DNA from: Octopus bimaculoides
Lineage: Eukaryota
NCBI RefSeq assembly: GCF_001194135.2
Contig: NC_068996.1
Coordinates: 47,694,661 to 47,758,660, forward strand
Length of the DNA stretch: 64,000 nt
Direction of reading: 5' to 3'
A model generated the notes under the pieces. The model did no database searches. It was not told where the DNA came from and worked only from the letters and a program-made list of their open reading frames with translations. Positions 51,895 through 64,000 of the stretch are shown here, in pieces. The translations under genes were made by a program, and so were the position numbers. Position 1 is the first letter of the stretch. Each line of letters opens with the position of its first letter.

Positions 51895-52465
51895 TTCTTT
51901 TATTCTTTTACTTGTTTCAGTCATTTGACTGCAGCCATGCTGGAGCACTGCCATAAAAGGTTTTAGTCAAACAAATCGACCCCCTGACTTACATCTTAAG
52001 TCTGGTACTTATCCTATTGGTCTCTCCTACCAAACTACTACATTATGGGAACAAACTCACCAGCACCAGTTGTCAAATGATGATGGGGGAGAAACACAAA
52101 CACATACACACACACACACACACACATACACACATATGTATATACATACACATACACACACATATACATACATATATATATTCACACACATATACATACA
52201 TATGTATGTACAAACATATTCATACACACGCACAAATATACACATACACACACACACACACATACACTCACACATATATGCATGTATACATATATATATA
52301 TATGTGATAGGCTTCTTTCAGTTTCCATCTACCAAACCCACTCACAAGCCTTTGGTTGGCTTGAAGCTATAGTAGAAAACACTTGTCCCAGGTGCCACAC
52401 AGTGAGACTGAACCCAAAACCACGTGGCTGGGAAGCAAGCTTCTTACCTAAAAGCCATGCCTGCA
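51895..52465 (-). mobile_element. SINE family A copy just upstream of the PC2 exon 51637-51828
   Basis: Reverse-complement similarity, with an expanded internal CA/TA tract. Confidence 0.8.
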
Positions 52466-52989
52466 CCTATAATCCTACTTGCTTATATTCATGCGCAAAC
52501 ACAGACAAGTAAGGTAATGTAGGTAAGATGTTTGATAGTTCCGTTCTACATTCATTTATATACATTATAAATGTTACACCCATCATTTTCTATCTATCTC
52601 TTTCATCTAGGAAACCCTGCATAGCTATATTTTACAAGGTTTTTGGTGATTTTTATTATAATATTTTTCATCACTTCACCGATCAATACATACAGTTTTT
52701 AAATACTTATTAGAAGTAGTATTAGTTCCAAACGGCAATATTTATCTCCAATTAAAAGTGAATGTGGTATTAGAATACAAAATATTGAGGAAGTTATCAT
52801 CAGAGAAACTCTTATATGGACTCTTGGTGTATAAAAGCATTCTTGTTTACATAGAGAGCAGGAGACAAATCTCCACCAAAGCGTTGCTTGCTGGCGATGT
52901 AAACAAGAGTGCTTATATGCCCCAAAAGCCATATGATAGGTTCTCTCAGGGTAAATATTGCAGTATTCTAACACATCTACTTTTAAGTG

Positions 52990-53022
52990 AAGATATACAT
53001 GTATATACATACATATATACAT

Positions 53023-53063
<41 letters not shown>

Positions 53064-53386
53064 CACACATATATATGTTTATATATATTCATGTACATAA
53101 GTACATACCTACATACTTATATTCATATATATATACATATATATATAGATACATATATATATGTTTATATAAATTCATGTACATATGTACGTACCTACAT
53201 ACTTATATTCATATATATATATACACACACACACACATATATATGTTTATATGCATTCATGTACATATGTACATACCTACATACTTATATTCATATATAT
53301 ATATATATAATGCCACTAATACTGGCCACTAATATTATTGGTATTATTAACTACTTATATATTTACTGCTAATGATGATAATAATG

Positions 53387-53443
<57 letters not shown>

Positions 53444-53476
53444 TCTATATTATTCAAATATTTACTCATTCATATA

Positions 53477-53515
<39 letters not shown>

Positions 53516-53795
53516 AAAGATTGTGTTATAATTTTATTCCACAGCCATACCAACAATCCAATAATACTAACCCACATATACAAAAACAGCCACACCAACA
53601 ATCCAACATACCTCCATCGCATAGTAGCTTGTGTGTGTGTGTGTGTAGATAGAGAAAGAAAGAGAGAGAGAGACATATACACGTATATAAATATATAATG
53701 CGTACATACACACACACATACATATATATCTACATGTATACATAAACATGCATTTATGTACATATATATATATATCTATATATAACTGCATGTAT

Positions 53796-53830
<35 letters not shown>
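52990..53830. repeat. Compound microsatellite and low-complexity block, including ~90-bp TA-rich tandem units and (AAT)n
   Basis: Read directly from the sequence. Confidence 0.85.
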
Positions 53831-53832
<2 letters not shown>

Positions 53833-54342
53833 GTGAGAGAAGTGTGAAGTGATATATGAAATGCCAACTTTATGTATACATGACAATTTTGAAAAATAAA
53901 AGTGTGTGGTGAACAAATATATCGAAAAATACATTGTCAAAAGAGAAAGGACTGAATCTAATGTATCACAATATTAATTTAATTCAACAAATAATGCTAT
54001 GCAGCTTAAATGAATTGTCTTAGTTCACCAATTATTGTTTAGAGAACAATGTCTTATCTTGGAAGTATCTTTTGTTTCCAAAGCTAAAAAAAAAATTGAA
54101 TCTGTTCTTTTATGGCTTGCTTTCCTCAAATTCGCCGAAGAATAACAAAACTGGTTTCCTTAGCAACTAAAAGTAACACAATTTAATTCCCAGTGTTTTC
54201 TTAATTATAATAAAACTAACAAAATATTAAGGAATTTGTACTGGCAAATGCATTTGTTCTCCAAGAAATATTGATGCCAATGATGGCAATGTTGATAAGG
54301 ATGGTAAAACAAGTACATAGAGAATTGGCTACACACTACAGA

Positions 54343-54379
<37 letters not shown>

Positions 54380-55127
54380 ACGTGTGTGTGTGTGTGTGCG
54401 TGTGTGTGTGTGTGTGTTACTGTTTTATTAACGTAAGATCAACAGAAAAAATGTGCTCCATCATGTGAGAGATAAATAGAATTAAATGTAAATGGTATAA
54501 AGTTGTGAGCTACCAACAGTTTCTTGCTGTGAATGCAAGGTAGTCTAGGTAGGTTTTTCATAACATGCCTTGTATCTCCAAGCAATCTTCTGGCTCTGAG
54601 TAGAACAGACCATGTGCTCAGAACCTCTAGATTAGTCGGAGGCAAAGTATGTTCTAAAAACCTGCCTCGGTTTGTGCCTTCATAGCAAGAAAATGTTAGC
54701 TCATATTTTTATGCTATTTACATTTAATGATATACATGTATGTGTATGATAAGAAGTTTTAATAAATAATATTTCTTCCAATTTCTGACTACCTTCTTTT
54801 ATTAATATATAAAATCTGTAAGCTACTATGGACACACTATACTATATAGTGGGTCTCAGAGAAAATAGCCAAGACTTTTGGTATTATGAAGTTGATTACT
54901 TCAATCTCAGTGGTATTACATTCTTAGTTCAAATTCTGGTGTCAATGAAATAGGTGCTAGTCAATCATTGGGATTGAAGTAATCAATTTACCCCTCCCTG
55001 AAATTGCTGGCATTGAGCAAAAATTAATATCTATGTAGAAATGCCACCCTCTATCACTACCATCATTTCAGCAAGTTTACTCATGGTTCACTGGGTGTGC
55101 TGTAGTTTCACATCACCGATCAATGCA

Positions 55128-55158
<31 letters not shown>

Positions 55159-55489
55159 TATTATTATTTTGTCATCTTCTCTGTGATACACAGCAGCTCC
55201 ACATCAGTCCTTATTACTTTGTTCCAAGTGTTCATCAGTCTCTCTGTCTTCCACAGAATTCACTAACTTGGTGTAGACTGCACTTCCTCATGCAGTAATG
55301 ATCCTCCAAGACATCACGATTCCATACCAGCACAGCCCCCACCCTTGCACATTACCTCTGCCTCCCCCTTATACCCAGTTTCCCTTTCAGTTCATTTCTA
55401 CCCTGGTCTTCATGCACACTGACATTGCTCATCCATCACATCCTTCATAATTCTTCTGCTTTCAAAGCCCATTTCATACACACACATAT

Positions 55490-56091
55490 CTTCTTCCCCT
55501 TCTCCTTCTCCTTCTTCTTCTGCCTCTTCCCCTTCTCCTTCTCCTTTTTCTTCTGCCTCTTCCCCTTCTTCTTCTTCTTCCGCCTCTTCTTCTTCTTCCG
55601 CCTCTTCTTCTTCTTCCGCCTCTTCTTCTTCTTCCGCCTCTTCTTCTTCTTCTGCCTCTTCTTCTTCTGCCTCTTCTTCTTCTGCCTCTTCTTCTTCTGC
55701 CTCTTCTTCTTCTGCCTCTTCTTCTTCTTCTTCTGCCTCTTCTTCTTCTTCTTCTGCCTCTTCTTCTTCTTCTTCTTCTTCTGCCTCTTCTGCTTCTTCC
55801 TCTTCTTCTCCTGCCTCTTCTTCTTCTTCTTCTTCTTCTTCTTCTTCTTCTGCCTCTTCTTCTTCTTCTTCTGCCTCTTCTTCTTCTGCCTCTTCTTCTT
55901 CTTCTGCCTCTTCTTCTTCTTCTGCCTCTTCTTCTTCTTCTGCCTCTTCTTCTTCTTCTGCCTCTTCCCCTTCTTCTGCCTCTTCTTCTTCTTCTTCTTC
56001 TCCTGCCTCTTCTTCTTCTGCTTCTGCCTCTTCTTCTTCTTCTTCTGCCTCTTCTTCTTCTTCTTCTGCCTCTTCTTCTTCTTCTTCTGCC

Positions 56092-56144
<53 letters not shown>

Positions 56145-56612
56145 TTCTGCCTCTTCTTCTTCTTCTGCCTCTTCTTCTTCTTCTGCCTCTCCTTCTTCTT
56201 CTGCCTCTTCTTCTTCTGCCTCTTCCCCTTCTTCTGCCTCTTCTTCTTCCTCTTCCTCTTCTTCTGCCTCCTCTTCTGCCTCTTCTTCTTCCTCTTCTTC
56301 TTCTTCTTCTGCCTCTTCTTCTTCTTCTGCCTCTTCTTCTTCTGNNNNNNNNNNNNNNNNNNNNNNNNNNNCTCTTCTTCTTCTGCCTCTTCCCCTTCTT
56401 CTGCCTCTTCTTCTTCCTCTTCCTCTTCTTCTGCCTCCTCTTCTGCCTCTTCTTCTTCCTCTTCTTCTTCTTCTTCTGCCTCTTCTTCTTCTTCTGCCTC
56501 TTCTTCTTCTGCCTCTTCTTCCCTCTTCTGCCTCTTCTTCTTCTTCTGCCTCTTCTGCTTCTTCCTCTTCTTCTTCTTCTTCCTCTACTTCTTTTTCTTC
56601 TTCTTCTTCTTC
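55490..56612. repeat. ~1.1-kb polypyrimidine/polypurine microsatellite (TTC)n interspersed with TGCCTC
   Basis: Read directly from the sequence. It gives the spurious 407/422-aa poly-E/A and poly-F/C/L ORFs. Confidence 0.95.
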
Positions 56613-56903
56613 ATCGCAGTTTCTGGAGTCCAAGAAAGACGATTCCCTAATTTCTTGCTGAGCAACCTACTACAGATGATTTGTTTAAATTGATCAAATG
56701 TTTGTGTTGTACATTTGATCACTCCCACCATCAAATTGAAATTGCATGCATAGGTGCACATGTGTCAAAGTGATCACAGAATAATGTGAAATGAAGTGTT
56801 TTGCTCAAGACTACCCACTCTGGATATTGAAACCACGATCACGAGTGCAACACTCTATCCACTAAGGCATGTGCCATATCTCTCTCTCTATCTATCTATC
56901 TAA

Positions 56904-56939
<36 letters not shown>

Positions 56940-57063
56940 CTCTTTCTCAGTAGATAGATAGATAGATACATACAAACATACATACATACATACATACATG
57001 CATGCATAGTCAAACAGACAGACAGATGGATGGATTGGTAGATAGGTAGATAGATTAGTTAGT

Positions 57064-57354
57064 AAGGCGGTGAGCTGGCAGAAATGTTAGCACACTGGGC
57101 GAAATGCTTAGTGGTATTTCGTCTGCCGCTACATTCTGAGTTCAAATTCCACTGAGGTCGACTTNNNNNNNNNNATTTCGTCTGCCGCTACATTCTGAGT
57201 TCAAATTCCACTGAGGTCGACTTTGCCTTTCATCCTTTCGGGGTCGATAAATTAAGTACAAGTTGTGCAATGGGGTCGATATAATTGACCTAATCCATTT
57301 GTCTGTCCTTGTTTATCTCCTCTATGTTTAGCCCCTCGTGGGCAATAAAGAAAT

Positions 57355-57357
<3 letters not shown>
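57064..57357 (+). mobile_element. SINE family B copy (with a gap-associated duplicated segment)
   Basis: High similarity to 10148-10375. Confidence 0.85.
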
Positions 57358-57389
<32 letters not shown>

Positions 57390-57953
57390 GGAGGTAGATA
57401 GGTAGATAGATAGATAGATATAAATATATATATACATATATGAATATAGATTCATAATGGGATATGTATATATATATTCATACACACATATATGCATACA
57501 TTCACACATAACATTGTTTGAAAACATTTCATGATTAACATAGATATATATACATATACATTTGTGATGAGTTAAATTTTGAAAAATTTTGCTTGTTTTT
57601 TTTTTTAACTTCTTTGTTATTTTGCCTTCAGGTCTCAAACATTTTGCTTCATCAAACATGAAGATTAAAGGAAAAGTAAAACAAACAAGTGACATGACAT
57701 GTATTCACATGAGATCTTATGATAAACACATGGCATGCGCAGCTGTTGTAAAATTGCACTCAAGCTTTAATTACATGTTGGGGAGTAATTACAACATGAC
57801 AATAAAATAAATATCTTTATGGCTTAAACTCAAATATTATACTTTGAAACACCACACAGAAACAAATTATGTGAGTGTTTATATATATATATATATATAC
57901 ACCTGCTTATTGTTTATACACCTGTTTTCATGTTTTGTTTTTCTGTAAATTTC

Positions 57954-57992
<39 letters not shown>

Positions 57993-58339
57993 CTTTTAGT
58001 TGTTTCAGTCATTGGACTGCAGCCATGCAGGAGCACTGCCTTGGATGGGTTTTAGTTGAACAGATTGACCCCAGGACTTATTTTAAAAGTCTAGTACTTA
58101 TTTTATTAGTCACTTTTGCTGAACTGCTAAGTTACAGTGTAACATATATATACATAAACACACATATACGGTGGGCTTCTTCCAGTTTCCATCTACCAAA
58201 TCTACTCACAAAGCTTTGGTCGGCCTGCGGCTACAGCAGAAGGCACTTATCTAAGGTGTCACACAGTGGGACTGAACTCAGAACTGTGTGGTTGAGAAGC
58301 AAGCTTCAAACCACACAGCCATGCCTTTGCCTCTCTCTT

Positions 58340-58404
<65 letters not shown>

Positions 58405-58861
58405 ATATATGTGTGTGTGTGTGTATGTGTGTGTGCTTATGTGGTAAGAAGTTGGTTCTGGATTCAGTCCCACTGTGGTGCACTTTGGGCAAGTGTCTTT
58501 TACTATAGCCTCAGGACAACCAAAACTTTGTGAATGGATTTGGTAGAAGGAAACTGAAAGAAGCCTGTCATATATTATCGAAATAAAAAGGCAAAGCGAC
58601 AAAGAAAGACTTTAACAATGCATTTAACAATGCATTACAATTGTTTCTGTACCAACATTGTTTTCAATGTTTTCACACAAAAGTTCCAAATGAAAATTTA
58701 CATAATACTTGCTGTTTTAAACATTAAAGTGACACTTCTTCAGATCTGTATCAAAGATGCACTCTTGTATAATGCATCTTCTGGACTTTGTGTTTTGTTT
58801 TAGAAATAATACATTTCTAAATCTCTCAGAGAGATTTATGCAGTAGTGATACGATGAAGTA

Positions 58862-59151
58862 GTTGTATGCTGTCAACTTAATGTGACAGTCCCCTGAAGG
58901 GAATAATACTACTGTTGGTTAGACCTAAGAAGCTGCACCGCTTCTTGTCAGCCTTGACACATTTCCTGTGTCCTTATGTTTACAAGGGGGAGACAAGTAC
59001 CTCCACCCAGCCAAGCCTGCATCCAGAGACATGTTTCTGAGTCTTTACTGAGTCCAGAATGATGACAAGCAGTGGTGTAGTTTCCTAGGTCTAACCAACA
59101 GTAGTATTATTCCCTTCAGGGGACTGTCACATTAAGTTGACAGCATACAGC
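58862..59151. mobile_element. 290-bp MITE with 89-bp terminal inverted repeats and TA flanks
   Basis: 58862-58950 and 59063-59151 are reverse complements (about 6 mismatches by eye). TA at 58860-61 and 59152-53. Confidence 0.85.
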
Positions 59152-61324
59152 TATTTGTGTTTTGTGTTAAGCAAAACACAAAGTCTAGTTATTTCCTTCA
59201 CATTTGAGATGACATTAAGCTGTGTCTCCCCGTTTTCAGATCAGTATTCACAGTGATATCATACAAAACAAATTTTTTATTGTAGTTTACCTAAAAGTCA
59301 AAAGTAACATATTGACATTGATTTCATTATTATGATTATAACAAAACATCTAACTCTATTCAGTTATATACACAGAAACGTGTATGCGTGTATCTGTATG
59401 CTTCCTTGTCATGATGCTTATAAACAAGTGTCATCATTGTCATACAAGTGATGTTGTTTGTTTCCAGTCTTCTGTACAAAACATATCCGGCCATTGGGAG
59501 ATAATATCCTGCTTGGATGCAGGTGAAGACTGGTGACAAGAAGTGCATTTGTCCTTAGAAAAATCTCTCTTAATTAATTTCATTTGACTAATGCAAGCGT
59601 GGAAAAAATATCAATTAAAATGATGATGATATGTATCTAATACATATAAAGTACAAATATCCCTTAATATAGATATTCTTTTATTCTTCTCTGAAGATGG
59701 CATAATAGGTTCTTATACAGAAATCTTTGTTCACTGAGATATGCACCATATGTGCAGTAATTCTAGAAACAGCTGTATGAGACTTTATGCCCAACTTCTA
59801 ACTCCTTTACTTATATGATAATTTGTACACCAACAACTCCATCAAAACAACTCTTCAATTATGTTTGAATTATAAATTCCATGTTTTGATATGATGCCAC
59901 ATATTTTTCCTGTCCTTTCTTTCTTTCTAATATACATATTTATACACACACATATACACATATGCATGCACACACAACATATATGCATATGTATGTGTGT
60001 GTATGTGTATGAGAGTGAATGTATGTGCATAAATATGTATACAGGTACAATGGTAAGTCATTATTTATCCATAATCAACTTATTAATTTTGTTTTATATA
60101 ACTAGAGTGATAATTAGTTGTATGCCCACAACATATTGTTTCTTTCTAGTCACTATTAAGCAAGTTTGAACATGCAGCACCAATTAAGCTATCGCAACAA
60201 TTTCCATTAATCATTGTTACTCTTGTTTCTGAATGTTCTAAAGAAAACCCAGCATTCAATCATACATTTTCTTTATTCATTTAATTTTTCTTAACATATT
60301 AGAGTTATTAAAAGTTCATGTTCGTCATTTTTTTAAATATGATGTAATCTTAGTTCTCAATATTGTTGTTCTATTTCAACACAAGGCTCTTTATGTCCTC
60401 AAGTAATATACGATTTGCAGCTGGAAAATGAATTGATCCAAAGACAACAGACAAAAAAATAAAACAAAAATACATAAAAGAAAAATGATCACTAAACACT
60501 GCTCTTCTTTCAAACAGACAGAAACAATTGCCATGGCCTGCGTTGTTGTAATAATGATTTTTAATTTGGGCACAAGGTCAGTAATTTCGAGTTGAAGTAT
60601 AAATAAAAGCAATTTAATTGACATTTCAAGTACAAGTCTGACATTCAGTGACTAGAGAGACCCAGGCATAAGGATGTGTGTGTGCGTGTGTGTGTGTGTG
60701 TGTGTGTGCACAGTTGCATTTCCTATTAATCTTTTATCTTTTACTTGTACTGGTCATTGGACTGTGGCCATGCTGGAACACTGCCTTGAAGGGTTTTAGT
60801 TGAATAGATCAAGTGCAGTATTTATTTATTTTTTACCCATTAGTTTGGTACTTAGTCTATTGGTCTTATAGGAAATTGGTTATACACCATTAGGTGTACA
60901 CCTGCTTTCCTATATTAAATTCTAAATAAACAACGTAACGCTGACTCCGAACTATCAACACAACAATATTTATTTATGGTGAAAATAGGCAGCAGTTATT
61001 TGTGAAGCTCTGGTGCTGACATGTTAGAGAGCTCCACTGTTGGACGTCTGCCATCATCGCCGGCTGGCGAGAAAAGAGAAAGAATCAGGGCGCCAAACTT
61101 GGATATTGATGACTACGCATGCGCACGAGACAAGGCGTTACTACAGTCTCTTTCGGGAAACTGCTAAAGTATGAGGGTGTAAACAAACCAACACTAGTTG
61201 TCAATCAGTGATGCTTGTAGTAGTGGTGTACAAACATATCATAAACATAGAAACACACTCAAACACACACACAGAATCTGCCAAAACAAAAAATGTATAC
61301 ACACTTCAGGAAAGGCAAAATCCA

Positions 61325-61745
61325 TGTCATCATCATCATCATCATTTAACGTCCGCTTTCCATACTGGCATGTGGGTTGGATGGTTTGACTGAGGTCTGA
61401 AGAGGCAGTGGCTGCACCAGGCTCCATTCTGATCTGGCAATGTTTCTACAGCTGGATGCCCTTCCTAACGTCAACCACTCCGAGAGTATAGCGGGTGCTT
61501 TTTACGTGCCACTGACACAGGATCCAGTCAGGCGGGCCTGGCATCGATCATGTAGAGATAGTGCTTCTTACATGCCATTGGCACAGGAGCCAGTCAGGGG
61601 GTACTGGCATCAGCCATGTTCAGACGGTGCTTTTTACATGCCACCGGCACAAGAGCCAGTCGGTGGGTACTGGCATCGGCCACATTCAGTTGGTGCTTTT
61701 TATATGCCACTGGCACGGGAGCCAGTCAGGCAGACTTGGCATCGA
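61325..61745 (-). mobile_element. RTE 3'-UTR family C copy with four internal ~66-bp modules
   Basis: GGTGCTTTTTACATGCCAC.GGCACAGGAGCCAGTC... is repeated 4 times at 61495-61745. Confidence 0.8.
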
Positions 61746-62039
61746 CAAATATTTTAATTCAGTTTTATCACAATTTATTCAGTGTTATCGAAATTCAATA
61801 AAGCATTGAAAGAGGTATCTATATTTATAGAGCTATTTATACAAGCTAAATATTTATACAGATTTTTCTATTCCTGATGTGTGTATACATTCTGTTGGCA
61901 GACTCTGTATATACATGTATGTATGTGCATGTCTGTGTGTGTGAGTGAGTTCATATTTCCCCACATCTTCACATTTATTCACTGACTGACAATACAGGTG
62001 GTGTCCTTTATTAGCAGTCAATCACAAAATCATTATCTT

Positions 62040-62410
62040 TTCATACATTTCAATCATTTGACTGCGGCCATGCTGGGGCCTCACACTGGAGAATTATTTT
62101 TAGTCAAATGGATTGACACCAGCACCGGTACTTATTCTGTCAATCTCTTTTATCAATCCACTCAGTTACGAGGACATAAACACACGAGTACCAGTTGTCA
62201 AGCAGTGGTGGTGGATAAGCACAAAGACACACAAACATAGATGTATATATGACAGGCTTCTTTCAGTTTCCATCTGCCAAATTCACTCACAAGGCTTTGG
62301 TTGGCCCAAGGTTAAAGAAGACACTTGCCCAATGCACCATGCAGTGGGACTGAACCTGGAACAATGTGGTTGGGAAGCAAGCTTCTTACCACACAGCCAT
62401 GCCTGCACCT
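62040..62410 (-). mobile_element. SINE family A copy
   Basis: Reverse-complement similarity to 12197-12650. Confidence 0.8.
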
Positions 62411-63399
62411 GTCCAAGTTTCTGGATACATCTTGACATGCGGCATGATCATTGTAAACAAAAGGCTTAGTTGAATGGTAGTAGTAGTAGAGGGAAATATA
62501 TTTTGGGGCCTTTGATTTTAATTTCATCGTTACTATTGATATTTAATTCACTTTGTTATTTATTTTTATGATTTTAATTTTCATTCATTCTTTATTCAAT
62601 TAATTTTTTCCTTCAAAAATAAAACAATTTTTAAAATAATTTGGTCAATCCCTTTTCTATGTAGAAAGATTTTGATTGGCATGCATTTTTTATGGCTGTT
62701 CAATGTTACTATTGTTTTTAACCCTAGGAAGAGCCTCCTCCAGCTGGTTATCAATGCAATATGCACCCGGTATATATTGCAAGCAAGGGAGCAAACTCCT
62801 ACCATCTTCTAGCAGATGATAGGATCTCCAGACTGAACAGTTTGGGTTAAATGTGCCCATCGCCAGTGGTAAACACCCAGCTGCTAGAGATAGCAGGAAT
62901 TCACTCCAGCTCACAATATATATAGAAGGCCAAACAACAATCAGTCACTGATCTAGCAACAAGCAAAGCAACTAGTTAGAAAATCTCTATAAGAGATGAA
63001 AGTAGTGACTATACCGAGAAGTAATGTCTATCACCACTTAAACATGACTGTTTGATGTTGGCAATAAACATTACTTCTCAGTATACTTACTACTTTTATC
63101 TCTTACAGAGATTTTCTAGCAATCCCTGTCTATAAACTAACTCAAAATGCAAACATTCATAAGGATTGTTAAAGTGTTAAACAAAAGAAGATGGTGAAAT
63201 CTCCTCCAGGATGGGTTACTATCCCATCTTAGATAACTTTTTTAATTTTGGTGTATAGAAAATTCTTTTTGACAGATTCTGGCTGGAATCAAACGTCAAT
63301 CACCTGTAGACACAGCGAAAGTATTTGCAGTTGATTTGATCTCTTGATATGCAATTTGGTTTCCATGCCTATCTGGCATTTTACTATTTCTCTCTCTCT

Positions 63400-63575
63400 C
63401 TCTGTGGTTGTGTGGTAAGAAGCTTGCTTCCTAATCACATGGTTCTGGGTTCAGTCCCCCTGTATGGCACCTTAGGTAAGTGTCTTTTACTATACCCTTG
63501 GGCTGACCAAAGCTTTGTGTCTGTATTTGGTAGACGGAAACTGAAAGAAACCAGTCATATATATATATATATTTT

Positions 63576-63606
<31 letters not shown>

Positions 63607-64000
63607 GTATGTGCATGTATGTGTTTGGGTCTGTGTTCCCCACCACCACATGGCAACTAGTGCTGGTGTGTTTACATCCCTGTAACTTAGCAGTTCAGCA
63701 ACCAAGACTGATAAAGTAAGTACCAGGCTTTAAAAAAAATAAGTACTTGGGGGTTAATTCATTCGACTATAAGTTTTCTAAGGTAGTGTCCCAGCATGGC
63801 CACAGTCCAATGAGTGAAACAAGTAAAAGATAAAAGATATACTGGGATTGATTCATTCAACTAAAACTCTTCAAGGAGGTGCCCCAGCACGGCCACAGTG
63901 CAATGACTGAAACAAGTAAAAGATAAAAGATATACTGGGATTGATTTGTTCAACTAAAACCCTTCAAGGTGGTGCTACAGCATGGCCACAGTCCAATGAA
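63400..64000 (+). mobile_element. SINE family A copy with tandemly repeated ~93-bp tail
   Basis: Head at ~63400. Tail units start at ~63724, 63840 and 63933. Confidence 0.8.

Noticed and set aside
55410-56693. 407-aa (poly-E/A) and 422-aa (poly-F/C/L) ORFs
   Set aside because: Read-through of a stop-free trinucleotide microsatellite spanning an N gap; no domain content.
57116-57223. Exact ~49-bp direct duplication inside a SINE
   Set aside because: The two copies flank a 10-N gap, so this is most likely unmerged contig overlap.
62690-62914. Minus-strand ORF MSWSEFLLSLAAGCLPLAMG as the PC2 signal-peptide exon
   Set aside because: No PC2 pro-domain similarity and no convincing donor; chance hydrophobic stretch.

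Overview
AT-rich eukaryotic draft-assembly DNA with many N gaps, saturated with microsatellites and short retroposons. The repeat families look like those of Octopus or another coleoid cephalopod; this is recognised from memory, not from a search. The only supportable host gene is a prohormone convertase 2 (PC2/PCSK2) orthologue on the minus strand, present as two coding exons: 51637-51828 (end of pro-domain, RQKR activation site, DPFYPKQWYL) and 34393-34501 (GQSGGIEGLDLNV...TTAIMDD, catalytic Asp). They are separated by a ~17 kb intron, and the neighbouring exons were not found in the window, so the whole window is probably intragenic. The rest is TE debris: at least three tRNA-headed SINE families, RTE LINE fragments and RTE 3'-UTR copies, mariner remnants and MITEs, a Gypsy remnant, a Helentron-like element and a Penelope-like GIY-YIG remnant. 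Nearly all ORFs in the supplied track are microsatellite or TE read-throughs. The most interesting signal is a set of minimal hammerhead-ribozyme (HHR)-like motifs in two small repeat families. One is a tRNA-headed SINE, and one copy of it forms a 370-bp palindrome with an HHR on each strand. The other carries a variant CUGUUGA core. No prokaryotic features (CRISPR, operons, rRNA) are present. Repeat boundaries are approximate, read by eye.
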